From NCBI RefSeq assembly GCF_014280175.1, contig NZ_CP047931.1:1560001-1592000 (forward strand): DNA of 32,000 bases. Reading direction: 5' to 3'. This DNA comes from Synechococcus sp. A15-28. GTDB lineage: Bacteria > Cyanobacteriota > Cyanobacteriia > PCC-6307 > Cyanobiaceae. How positions within the stretch are numbered: position 1 is the stretch's first letter; each line of letters starts with the position of its first letter. Shown piece by piece: positions 19,688-27,569 of this stretch. The notes beneath the pieces were generated by a model. It saw only the letters and a program-made list of their open reading frames with translations, was not told the DNA's origin and did no database searches. The position numbers and the translations under genes are program-made.

Positions 19688-21202
19688 TCAAGTCCTCTGC
19701 AGGGCCTGAACCTTGCCTATCACATGCTGCAGAAAAGCCGTGCTGTCCAGTGGACGTCCTGAGACCTGGAGCACAAGATCCTCTGCGTTCAAGGCGCGAC
19801 CCACCGGATGCACATGCCGCCGCAACCAACCCAGCATCGGCGTGATGTCACCGCTGGCGACATGGTCCTCAGGGGCGCCGATCTCGGTGGCCATCGCTTC
19901 GCTCAACTGGGCACTGATCAGATGTCCCAGCAGATAGGAGGGGAAGTAGCCGAACAGGCCTTCGCTCCAGTGCACGTCCTGCAGACAGCCCTCTGAATGA
20001 TTGGAGGGCGTGACGCCGAGCATGTCGCGGTAGCGGCGGTTCCACTCCGCCGGCAGATCCGCCACCTCGAGCCCTTGCTCCAGCAGGGCGATCTCGAGAT
20101 CCGTCCGAATCAGGATATGGAGGCCATAACTGAGCTCATCGGCCTCGACGCGATTCAGGCCCGGCGCCAGAGGGTTCATGGCTTGCCAGAGATCCTCGGC
20201 CCCATCGAGGGGCGCACCGACCTCGGCGAATTGCGTCCACCACTGCTCCGCGAAAGGACGGCTGCGGGCCACCCGGTTTTCCCAGAACAGCGACTGACTC
20301 TCGTGCACAGCCATGGACGTCGCCTGACCGAGGGGCCAGGCAAACCATTGATGACTTTGATCCGGCAAACCCTGTTCGTAGAGGGAATGCCCCCACTCAT
20401 GGGCCGTCGCCAGAAAACAGGACAGGGGCTGCCCCCTCACCACCCGGGTGGTGATGCGGTAGTCGGCTGGCCCCAATGTGATGGAAAAGGGATGGGGCGA
20501 ACGTGCCACGCAGGTGATTGATGGATCGCGACCCCAGCTCTTCAAAAGCTCGTCACAGAGATGCTGCTGGGCCGTCTCCGGCAGGTCCCAGCTAGCGGTT
20601 CTGGAGCGGGGAGACGAGGCGCTCTCTGCCACCAGTTCCGGCAAGGCCTGGCGCAGGGGGGCGAACACCTCCTGCAGACGCGTGAGGCTGAGGTCTGGCT
20701 CAAAGGGCTGCGCCAGGGTTTCCCAGCAGGACCGGGGCTCGGCCAGTTGACGGGCCTGCTCCTGCCGCAGCTGGATCAAGCTCTGCAACGCCGGCGCGAA
20801 CTGGGAGAAGTCAGCCGCGGCCCGGGCCTGTTGCCACTGGTTGTAACCATTCGCTTTGGCGGTGGCGAGGGCCGCCACCAGAGCGGGATCCAGGGATTGC
20901 TGGCGGCGCAGATCCTCTTCCAGCAGATCGAGATTGCGCCCCCGCGGGCCATGGTCATCGGTGTCTGTCTGCAGGTTCCATTCCTCACGGGCTGCATTGA
21001 TGAGCTCGGCGTAGTGCGCGGAGCTCTGCCGGGCATGCAGCTGGGTCGCCAGCAGGGTCAGCTGCTCCCCACGCCAGGCAGCACCACCACTGGGCATGCG
21101 GGTGTTCTGATCCCAGTAGAGGGTGCTCTGGATCGACCCGATGATCTGGGTTTCCCGCAGATGCTCACCGAGACGACTCCAGGCCGGTGACGCGGGCAGC
21201 AT
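19688..21202 (-). CDS. M32 carboxypeptidase (carboxypeptidase Taq family)
   Basis: 504 aa. AHEWGHSLYE (HExxH), VHESQSLFWEN, NRVEADELSYGLHILIR, DVHWSEGLFGYFPSY. Confidence 0.9.
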   Translation of the reverse strand: MLPASPAWSRLGEHLRETQIIGSIQSTLYWDQNTRMPSGGAAWRGEQLTLLATQLHARQSSAHYAELINAAREEWNLQTDTDDHGPRGRNLDLLEEDLRRQQSLDPALVAALATAKANGYNQWQQARAAADFSQFAPALQSLIQLRQEQARQLAEPRSCWETLAQPFEPDLSLTRLQEVFAPLRQALPELVAESASSPRSRTASWDLPETAQQHLCDELLKSWGRDPSITCVARSPHPFSITLGPADYRITTRVVRGQPLSCFLATAHEWGHSLYEQGLPDQSHQWFAWPLGQATSMAVHESQSLFWENRVARSRPFAEQWWTQFAEVGAPLDGAEDLWQAMNPLAPGLNRVEADELSYGLHILIRTDLEIALLEQGLEVADLPAEWNRRYRDMLGVTPSNHSEGCLQDVHWSEGLFGYFPSYLLGHLISAQLSEAMATEIGAPEDHVASGDITPMLGWLRRHVHPVGRALNAEDLVLQVSGRPLDSTAFLQHVIGKVQALQRT

Positions 21203-21666
21203 CCGATGCGGTTGAGGTCTTTCAGGACCTTAACGAGATCCACCGGAACGGGACTGGCAGGGCACCCGTCACTCGAGCCATCCTGGAGTTGTCGCGTCCG
21301 AACCGCATGCGCCGACTGCTGATGTCCACGACCCTGGCTCTGGCCCTCCCCCTGGCGCTGTGGCCGCTCAAATTGATCTACCGCCAGCCAGGGGCCAAGG
21401 CCTGATCAACGGGCCTCGTCGTCAGCGGTCTGATCGGCACTGGCGTCTTCCCCCTCCGCATCCGACTGGTTCTGACGCAGTCGCTTCAACCAGCGGCCGT
21501 AGGCAACGGTGCGGTCATCGTCACTGCCATCGGTGACGCGTTCCGAGAATCCTTCAAAAGGTGGTGTCGATCGATCCTGCACAGGGTGTGGGCGGGGACT
21601 TCACCGCATTGTGCGCTGGAGTGAACAACAGGTTTCTGCAGGCCACGAAATCCTGATAACGCAGGA

Positions 21667-22092
21667 TCAACTGGAGGAGGTCTCCAGGCGACAACGCTGA
21701 CGCTCATCGCAAAGAGTGCGCAGATCGGGACGGCGTGTGAGTTGCAGCCGACGGTCGGCCCAGACGCCGTACAACCAGTTCACAAGGCCGGAAAGAACGG
21801 GCCAGCGGGTGGGTGCGTACAACCATCCCAGCCCGATCAATCGATAGGCCTCACGGAAGACAGCGACATCGCGCAGCACCTCTCCGGCTCCGGTGATGGC
21901 ATGGATGCGACCCATGGCTTCTTCGTAGCTGATGCCCTGGTGGGACTCCGGGTCGTAGTCCATGGCATCGATGTCGATGAAGCCCAGGGAACCCAGGCGA
22001 TCCCTACCCCTGAGGAAGGTGACTTCCCGCACGCAAAGCGGGCAGCCCCCGTCAAAGAGCACGGTGAGCTCAGGAGAAGCAGACCTCGTCAT
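21667..22092 (-). CDS. DCC-family thiol-disulfide oxidoreductase (DUF393-like)
   Basis: LFDGGCPLCVREV motif. Preferred start is the ATG at 22092, which forms an ATGA overlap with the stop of the upstream Cys-rich ORF. The longest ORF runs to 22335. Confidence 0.75.
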   Translation of the reverse strand: MTRSASPELTVLFDGGCPLCVREVTFLRGRDRLGSLGFIDIDAMDYDPESHQGISYEEAMGRIHAITGAGEVLRDVAVFREAYRLIGLGWLYAPTRWPVLSGLVNWLYGVWADRRLQLTRRPDLRTLCDERQRCRLETSSS

Positions 22093-22379
22093 TCCCGACG
22101 GCAGTAACCGCCACCCACGTTGATCCATTGCGGTGGGCAATCGCGACCCTGACGGGGCTGCAGCTGCTCGACGCGACGCCCAAAACTGCAGCAGCGGCCG
22201 TTGCGGGTGTAGGCATAGCCGATGGGACAGTCGTCGCTGAGCCTTGGCACCACACGCTGGCCAGCGGCAGGCACTGGCTCGAGCAGCAGCAGACCAAAAA
22301 CCGTGATGAGTCGCAGCGAAGTGATCGTGGAACAACCGGCAGCGTGCGCCACAAACTTAAGGAGATCAGCGTTCGGCAT
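22089..22379 (-). CDS. Small secreted cysteine-rich protein (hypothetical)
   Basis: 96 aa. Signal-like LRLITVFGLLLL followed by 6 Cys (DDCPIGY, GRCCSFG, RDCPPQW, GYCRRE). Its stop overlaps the DCC gene start (ATGA at 22089-22092). A GTG alternative start lies 9 codons in. Confidence 0.5.
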   Translation of the reverse strand: MPNADLLKFVAHAAGCSTITSLRLITVFGLLLLEPVPAAGQRVVPRLSDDCPIGYAYTRNGRCCSFGRRVEQLQPRQGRDCPPQWINVGGGYCRRE

Positions 22380-22384
22380 CCGCC

Positions 22385-22564
22385 ATGGCCATGCAGCAGG
22401 TTCTTCACCAGCTCGAGCTGGCCACCCACGGCCAGGGATTCACACGACTGGACAACCGGATCAACCAATGGCTCGGTGGCACCGGGCTCTGGCAGGGAAT
22501 GCTGCATCTCAGCTGCCTTCACACCAGCTGCAGTCTAGCTATCAAGCTCTCGTATATAAACTGA
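22385..22564 (+). pseudogene. 5' fragment of a UPF0047/YjbQ-family gene, truncated at the island junction
   Basis: 59-codon ORF, below the ORF-track cutoff: MAMQQVLHQLELATHGQGFTRLDNRINQWLGGTGLWQGMLHLSCLHTSCSLAI|KLSYIN*. It aligns by eye to the YjbQ N-terminus (..RGF..20 aa..LLHLLLQHTSASLTLNEN). Similarity ends at about 22543, where G+C also drops. Confidence 0.6.
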
Positions 22565-22573
22565 CCGATAGCT
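22537..22573. repeat. 7-bp inverted repeat AGCTATC-N23-GATAGCT at the host/island junction, enclosing TATATAAA
   Basis: Read directly from the sequence. The left arm coincides with the last YjbQ-homologous codons. Confidence 0.6.
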
Positions 22574-22586
22574 TAGATCCCAGTTG

Positions 22587-22603
22587 TTGCAGTGGATCTG
22601 CAA
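22587..22603. promoter_or_regulatory. Palindrome TTGCAG-N5-CTGCAA upstream of the RHH gene (candidate operator)
   Basis: Perfect 6-bp arms, ending 39 nt upstream of the ATG at 22643. Confidence 0.4.
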
Positions 22604-22642
22604 GCCTGCCAAAACGTAATCGAACCCATTTCGGTCCGATTC

Positions 22643-22795
22643 ATGTCCCGCAGATCACTGAGTGTTGAAGGCAAGCGCGAAGTGCGCCTCAGTGCCGACG
22701 TTGATCAGCGCCTGGCTCAGCGCGTCGATGCTGTCGCCAAGGCCACCAACAGCACCCGTGCAGAGGTGGTGCGTGCTGCGCTGCGAAAGCTCTGA
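22643..22795 (+). CDS. Ribbon-helix-helix (CopG/Arc-like) DNA-binding protein
   Basis: The 50-aa version starts at the ATG at 22643; the track ORF starts at a GTG at 22592. KREVRLSADVDQRLAQRVDAVAKATNSTRAEVVRAALRKL has the beta-strand/helix/helix RHH pattern. Confidence 0.65.
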   Translation: MSRRSLSVEGKREVRLSADVDQRLAQRVDAVAKATNSTRAEVVRAALRKL

Positions 22796-22802
22796 CAGAG
22801 AA

Positions 22803-22837
22803 AGACCCCTTAGCGGATGCAACCGCTTGAGGGGTCT
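22803..22837 (+). terminator. Long GC-rich hairpin after the RHH gene
   Basis: AGACCCCT-TAGCGG-atgcaa-CCGCTT-g-AGGGGTCT, about 13 paired positions. No U-tail. Confidence 0.4.
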
Positions 22838-22866
22838 GTGCGTTCGAACAATTTCTCGTCTTAATT

Positions 22867-25284
22867 GTGACCACCACCAGGCCAGTAGATGGCCCCGCAG
22901 GGACCATCTACGAGTTCTCCCCACACCAACGAGTATTTCGCGATCCAGAGACCTCTGAGCTGCTCACAGAGCACGCTGACACCACCAAAAAGGGTTTTGG
23001 TAAGACCAGGTTCCTCAAAGGTCCAGGCCCTAATGGTTGGCCGATCTTCAATTTTGAAGGCGTCTCCACCTATCTGGAGGAGTTACGGAGCCTTGGAGAC
23101 CCTGACCCTGACTTTCGATGTGTCTACGAATTTCCTGATCTCATCGACGCACAGGCTGCGGTTGAGATCCGGCAGCAAAACGCCTTCTGCCAGCCGCACC
23201 ATGCTCAATCCCATCAGGAAATGGTGCTGCGATACCAAGACCTCAGATATCGAGGTGCATGGTGCTGTTATTACATCACTCCTGATCGTCCCGATGAGGA
23301 AGAAAAGGCTCTCCGCCATCAAAAGGCGGCAATGGAAGGCGGGCTGCTGCTTCTGATCGTTAAAAGCCACCAAGAGCCGTTATTTGTGGTTAAGGCAGAC
23401 AAATGCCGGTGGTTAGGCGTTGATCAAAACCCATTTTTCAGAGGTCAGATCGGACGGATCTACCCCCGCGATCGCGGCCGATACATGACCGAGCTGTATC
23501 ACCTCTGCGACTATTCCCTGCTTAGCGATCCTGAGTTTCAGCAGGCCTCTCTACTTGATGACGATGACCGCGAAACGCTCCTGCTGAGGGGTGCATCTCA
23601 CCCTGAGCAAACGGATGAATACTGGCTTCGCAAACGCTGGGCTGAGCCAACAGTCGCCTACTGGAACACTGAGCGCTTACTACAACGCGGCAATTTCCTG
23701 ACAGAGGCTCTTAGCACCCAAATCAGGGCCAATCACTCTGGCCCTTCGAAGTGGGACATCTTCACTGGCACTCATTGGCAGGAGCAGAACACCCACGATG
23801 TGGTGAACGCTCTCCAAGAGGAGTTTTACGTTCGCAACGAGTGGAGCAGTCGCGATCTTCGTGACCTCAGCAGCGACCGTTCACAACTACGTCGTGGCGT
23901 TGCCAGCGCTATTCCCAAGCCGAGCCGCAGGTTGCTGCCATTCCTGAACACCTGTCTCGATCTCGACAGCAGGGAGTGCATCAAGCACTCACCAAACAAT
24001 GGCAACCGTTTTGTTCTGCGCCTGAACTACGAGCCAGGAGATCGCGAACCGAAAAAGATCAAAGCCTTCCTTCTGGATCGTCTTGGTGATCCTGAGCTGG
24101 TTGAGATGTATCGGGCCTTTGTTTGGCATTGCCTGACTGGACGAAGCCTGAAGGCATTTCTGGAGATCACTGGCCCAGCCCACACCGGCAAAACAGTGCT
24201 GACGAATCTGATCATTGCCATCGTCGGCGTCATCAACACCGTCAGTTGTGATCTGAGCCAGCTCGAAGATTCCAAGAGTCGTTTTGAGAGCCATCGCCTC
24301 TCTGGCAAAAAGCTGGCTGTCTTCAGCGAATCACAGGACTACAAGGGCACAGGGGAAATGCTCAAAGCCCTCACAGGTCGCGACCGCATCCGCGCAGAGA
24401 AAAAGAACAGCAGCGAAGACTGTGACTTCACCTATGGGGGTGTTGTCGTCCTCACCGGCAATAGCTCGGTGAATTTCAAGGATGCCTCTGCTGCAATCAA
24501 CAATCGGCGCCGCAGCTTGTTCGTTGAAAAGGTCATCGACTTCAAGGATGAGCGGGTGATGTGCGAAGACGACGGAGAAGGCAACTGGCGCGGTGAGCTG
24601 GTGCCAGAGCTGTCAACGATGGTGAATTGGGTTCTGGATATGGATCCGGCTGATGCCATTAGGGCAATGAGCCGCAACCTGATATCAGAGACTCGGCGTA
24701 ATGCAGCCAAGCAATCACTGCTCGACTCCAACCCTCTCGCTGCGTGGGCAAACGAGCGCTTGGTTTACGACTCCATGCTCAAGTCGGACGGCAAGCCATT
24801 GCATGCCCAAGGCGTTGGAAACCTCAAATCCGATCCTCAAACCCACCTCCTAACCAACTACCGGAGCTGGCTTGAGGCCAATGAAACTGGCGAGGCTCTC
24901 ACCACCAAGACGTTCAAAAGGGCGCTGGTGGAGATGCTGCAAGGCATCGGCATCCCATTGCCACCAGGACCGCTGGATAAGGGTCAGTACCGCATCGATG
25001 GCAAAGGCAGCGTGGTGCCGTTCCTCCGCTTTCGTCGTGCTGACGATGCTGCTGACCATCCAGGGGTGATTGATGCAGCTTTCAACGTGCAAACGGTTCG
25101 CGAACGATTCGCAAACGCCAAGACCCCAGTAGCAAACGGATCAAACGGATCAAACGGTTCTGAAGAGGTTTCTGCTCATAGAGGTTCAGAACTTTTCCAA
25201 AACACCCACCAAGTGGGGGGAACATATGCCTGGGACCAGGAATCTGACTTTTCTCCAGACACTGGTGATGGTGAAGGCGGCTAA
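22867..25284 (+). CDS. P4/D5-family primase-helicase (SF3 NTPase) with an unassigned ~400-aa N-terminal region
   Basis: 805 aa, GTG start. Walker A ITGPAHTGKT (24172-24195), Walker B-like KKLAVFSES, LKALTGRDRIRAEKK...VVVLTGNS, as in the phage/plasmid primase P4-family C-terminal domain. Confidence 0.85.
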   Translation: MTTTRPVDGPAGTIYEFSPHQRVFRDPETSELLTEHADTTKKGFGKTRFLKGPGPNGWPIFNFEGVSTYLEELRSLGDPDPDFRCVYEFPDLIDAQAAVEIRQQNAFCQPHHAQSHQEMVLRYQDLRYRGAWCCYYITPDRPDEEEKALRHQKAAMEGGLLLLIVKSHQEPLFVVKADKCRWLGVDQNPFFRGQIGRIYPRDRGRYMTELYHLCDYSLLSDPEFQQASLLDDDDRETLLLRGASHPEQTDEYWLRKRWAEPTVAYWNTERLLQRGNFLTEALSTQIRANHSGPSKWDIFTGTHWQEQNTHDVVNALQEEFYVRNEWSSRDLRDLSSDRSQLRRGVASAIPKPSRRLLPFLNTCLDLDSRECIKHSPNNGNRFVLRLNYEPGDREPKKIKAFLLDRLGDPELVEMYRAFVWHCLTGRSLKAFLEITGPAHTGKTVLTNLIIAIVGVINTVSCDLSQLEDSKSRFESHRLSGKKLAVFSESQDYKGTGEMLKALTGRDRIRAEKKNSSEDCDFTYGGVVVLTGNSSVNFKDASAAINNRRRSLFVEKVIDFKDERVMCEDDGEGNWRGELVPELSTMVNWVLDMDPADAIRAMSRNLISETRRNAAKQSLLDSNPLAAWANERLVYDSMLKSDGKPLHAQGVGNLKSDPQTHLLTNYRSWLEANETGEALTTKTFKRALVEMLQGIGIPLPPGPLDKGQYRIDGKGSVVPFLRFRRADDAADHPGVIDAAFNVQTVRERFANAKTPVANGSNGSNGSEEVSAHRGSELFQNTHQVGGTYAWDQESDFSPDTGDGEGG
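25090..25157 (+). repeat. Five copies of CAAACG[G/C], the last three as a 9-bp tandem, inside the 3' end of the primase-helicase gene
   Basis: Copies start at 25090, 25112 (variant), 25133, 25142 and 25151. The tandem encodes NGSNGSNGS. Confidence 0.8.
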
Positions 25285-25286
25285 AC

Positions 25287-25354
25287 CCGTTTGAACCGTT
25301 TGTTGAGTAGGGAAAAGGGTTCTCAGCCGCAGGAACCCGTTTGGCAACCGTTTG
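25287..25354 (+). repeat. Four copies of CCGTTTG (consensus AACCGTTTG) in two pairs; reverse complement of the 25090-25157 repeats
   Basis: Copies start at 25287, 25296, 25337 and 25348, immediately after the primase-helicase stop and 117-184 nt upstream of the kinase-WYL ATG. Confidence 0.8.
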
Positions 25355-25470
25355 GCTCAGCTCATGACGTGGAGGCTGACTAATGCAACATCAGTTGCCT
25401 TGGTTATTCGCAGCAAGGACAAGCCATTTTTTTGCTGCATGCTCAGGATGCAGACATCTTGCATTTATTC

Positions 25471-27528
25471 ATGGCTGCCGCCCTGCGCTGCCATCTGCTG
25501 ATTGGACCGCCAGCCAGCGGGAAGACCACCATTGCGACGCTTCTTGCGCCGCTGCTGGATGCGGAGCTGCTCTCCACGGATCGGATCCGTGATGAACTCT
25601 ATGGCGACCCGATGATCCAGGGCCACTGGCATGAGGTGGAGGATCGGCTACACGCGGAGATTCAGGCGAGCGTGGCGGCAGGGCGATCGGTGTTGATCGA
25701 TGCCACCCATGCTCAGAGGCCCTGGCGTTTGGCGCTCACCCAGCGGCTGGAGTTGGACAGGCCGGTGGAGTGGATCGGTTGGTGGATGCGCACCCCACTT
25801 GAGGTGTGCCTGGAGTGGAACAAGCGGCGCGAGCGCCAGGTGCCCGAGCTGGTGGTCCAGCAATTTGCAGCAGCCTTGAACGACCGCGACTTTCAACCCT
25901 CTCGCAGTGAAGGCTTTGCGGTTCTGGTGGATTACAACCCCGCTGCAGACGGTGATCCAGCCAAGGAGCTTGCTGCAGAAATCTCGCGGCTCAATAAGCG
26001 CATCTCAGCTGCCCGCAATCGCGAGCAGGCCAAGGAGCTCCACTGCTACTCACGATTGTTGGACCTGGAGCGACTGCTCCATCTGCTGCAACTTCTCAGC
26101 CGCTATCCGGGTCTTAGCGCTGGCGATGTCACCACCCGAGCAGAGCTGGAGGCAATCTGCAATCCACTGCCGGAAGGGGCGATGGCCCAACGGGCTGCGG
26201 CCTACCTCTCTCGCCTGCGCGGCGAGTGCTATTGCGATGTGGATGCCCTGGAGGCAGATCTCCTTTGGCTCCAGAGCCAGGGTTTTCTCGATGCCGCGCC
26301 AACGCAACAACCCATTGAGCCACCCCCTGCCCCAGAAAACCTGGGTGGGCTGAACCTGGGCGGCTGGCCTCCGATGGCCGACCGAAGCGTGTTTATTCGG
26401 GTCTTCAGCCTGCTGCGCTATCTGTTGCATCACCCCTTTAATTGCGAGAAGGGAGTGCGACTGCAGGAGCACCTGATCAGCCAGCTCGGCGGTGTCTACA
26501 TGCCAGGTGAAGCCGGCACCCTGCGCAAGGACGTGGAGCGCATACTCACCCCCTATGGCTTTCGCACCCGCAACGACAATGTGCGCCACGGCTACGGCCT
26601 AGGTACTGCGGTGCTCTCGGCAGCGCGGCTGCGGGAAGTGCACCAGGTGGTGAGCCAGGCAGTCTCCCGTCTTGGTGATCCCACAGCTCAGGACTTGCTC
26701 GCAGAGCTCGATGAGCGACTTCGGTGGGGAGGTGTACTGAGGGAGCACGAGCCACCGGTAAGGGTCTTTGCGAATCGTTCGATCGTGCACCCCGATCTGG
26801 TGCGCCGAGATTCTCTTGCGGTACCAGCACAGGCAGAAAAACTTGAGGCTGCAATCTCATTGCGTCAGAGGGTGTTGTTGGAGCGCTTCTCCGATGCGGC
26901 CACATTCGGAGAGGAATCAAGAGAACCGATCCACGTATGGCCCATACAACTGCTCTTTCACAACATCGGTTGGTATTTGGCTTTTGAGGATGACGCTGTC
27001 GGCTACGAACGGGGCCTGATCCGTACAGAACGTTTGGACCGGCTGGCACTACGTCAGGTTGAAAGCGGCTTCCAACGCACGCCGGAGCAACGTGTTGCTG
27101 GAGTCCTTCGGCTTACTCGTCTGATGGAACTCAGCGGTGGCATCTACCTCGGCAAGGACGCTGCTTCGCAAGAACAACTAAGCACTGCACAACCAGACGA
27201 ACTAGCCAAACTACTAATCACCGTCCGCTTTCGTTGTACATCTCGGGCTTACAATTTCTTGAGAGAAGGTTTGCAGCGATATCCACTCAATCAGATACGA
27301 ATGTCGAAGCCGTTAACCAGTGATCAATGGTGCCACAGATCTAAAGCACCGCTTGTACTGACTCCATTTCCAGACGATAGCCACCCTTACCCTATGGAAC
27401 TAGACCTCCCGCCATGGACAGTTGCACGAGATGTCGACTTTCGCCGCTGGATTCTTGGCTGGGGCTCTGAAATTATTGTTGAGACTCCCACAGGCTTTGC
27501 TCAGGAAATTCGCTTGCAAGTGCAATGA
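25471..27528 (+). CDS. Fusion protein: P-loop kinase (AAA_33/PNK-like), HTH region and WYL domain
   Basis: The track start at 25432 is a TTG, so the ATG at 25471 is preferred. LLIGPPASGKTT (25504-25530) plus LIDATHAQRPWR kinase-like core. ERLLHLLQLLSRYPGLSAGDV is HTH-like. IHVWPIQLLFHNIGWYLAFED...IRTERLDRL is the WYL signature (GWYLAF at 26968-26985). Confidence 0.8.
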   Translation: MAAALRCHLLIGPPASGKTTIATLLAPLLDAELLSTDRIRDELYGDPMIQGHWHEVEDRLHAEIQASVAAGRSVLIDATHAQRPWRLALTQRLELDRPVEWIGWWMRTPLEVCLEWNKRRERQVPELVVQQFAAALNDRDFQPSRSEGFAVLVDYNPAADGDPAKELAAEISRLNKRISAARNREQAKELHCYSRLLDLERLLHLLQLLSRYPGLSAGDVTTRAELEAICNPLPEGAMAQRAAAYLSRLRGECYCDVDALEADLLWLQSQGFLDAAPTQQPIEPPPAPENLGGLNLGGWPPMADRSVFIRVFSLLRYLLHHPFNCEKGVRLQEHLISQLGGVYMPGEAGTLRKDVERILTPYGFRTRNDNVRHGYGLGTAVLSAARLREVHQVVSQAVSRLGDPTAQDLLAELDERLRWGGVLREHEPPVRVFANRSIVHPDLVRRDSLAVPAQAEKLEAAISLRQRVLLERFSDAATFGEESREPIHVWPIQLLFHNIGWYLAFEDDAVGYERGLIRTERLDRLALRQVESGFQRTPEQRVAGVLRLTRLMELSGGIYLGKDAASQEQLSTAQPDELAKLLITVRFRCTSRAYNFLREGLQRYPLNQIRMSKPLTSDQWCHRSKAPLVLTPFPDDSHPYPMELDLPPWTVARDVDFRRWILGWGSEIIVETPTGFAQEIRLQVQ

Positions 27529-27569
27529 GACAAAAGCTGTTGCTTAGCCCTTAATTTGGATTGTCAATT

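Noticed and set aside
21307-21582. Two sub-threshold ORFs between the M32 peptidase and the DCC gene: plus-strand 32 aa (MRRLLMSTTLALALPLALWPLKLIYRQPGAKA) and minus-strand 58 aa, GTG start, acidic (…FEGFSERVTDGSDDDRTVAYGRWLKRL…)
   Set aside because: Host-like codon bias makes them plausible, but there is no ATG for the second and no motif for either. Conservation cannot be tested here.
22070-22522. 150-aa minus-strand ORF and the plus-strand ORFs at 22128-22538 and 22222-22668
   Set aside because: These are shadows of the Cys-rich gene and the yjbQ fragment. The 59-codon frame with YjbQ similarity explains the region better.
22605-22645. tRNA-like T-loop fragment (GGGTTCGATT on the minus strand) near the island junction
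   Set aside because: No matching T-stem, acceptor stem or anticodon arm could be folded by eye. Integration into the yjbQ-like gene explains the junction without a tRNA.
25133-25160. 9-bp tandem repeat considered as a possible mini-CRISPR or VNTR
   Set aside because: There are no spacers and the unit is far too short for CRISPR. It is better explained as part of the iteron set, and it is in-frame coding sequence.
25383-25592. 69-aa plus-strand ORF, and the TTG start at 25432 for the kinase-WYL gene
   Set aside because: The 69-aa ORF overlaps the kinase P-loop region out of frame. The TTG start adds 13 residues with no support, while the ATG at 25471 sits directly before the P-loop strand.
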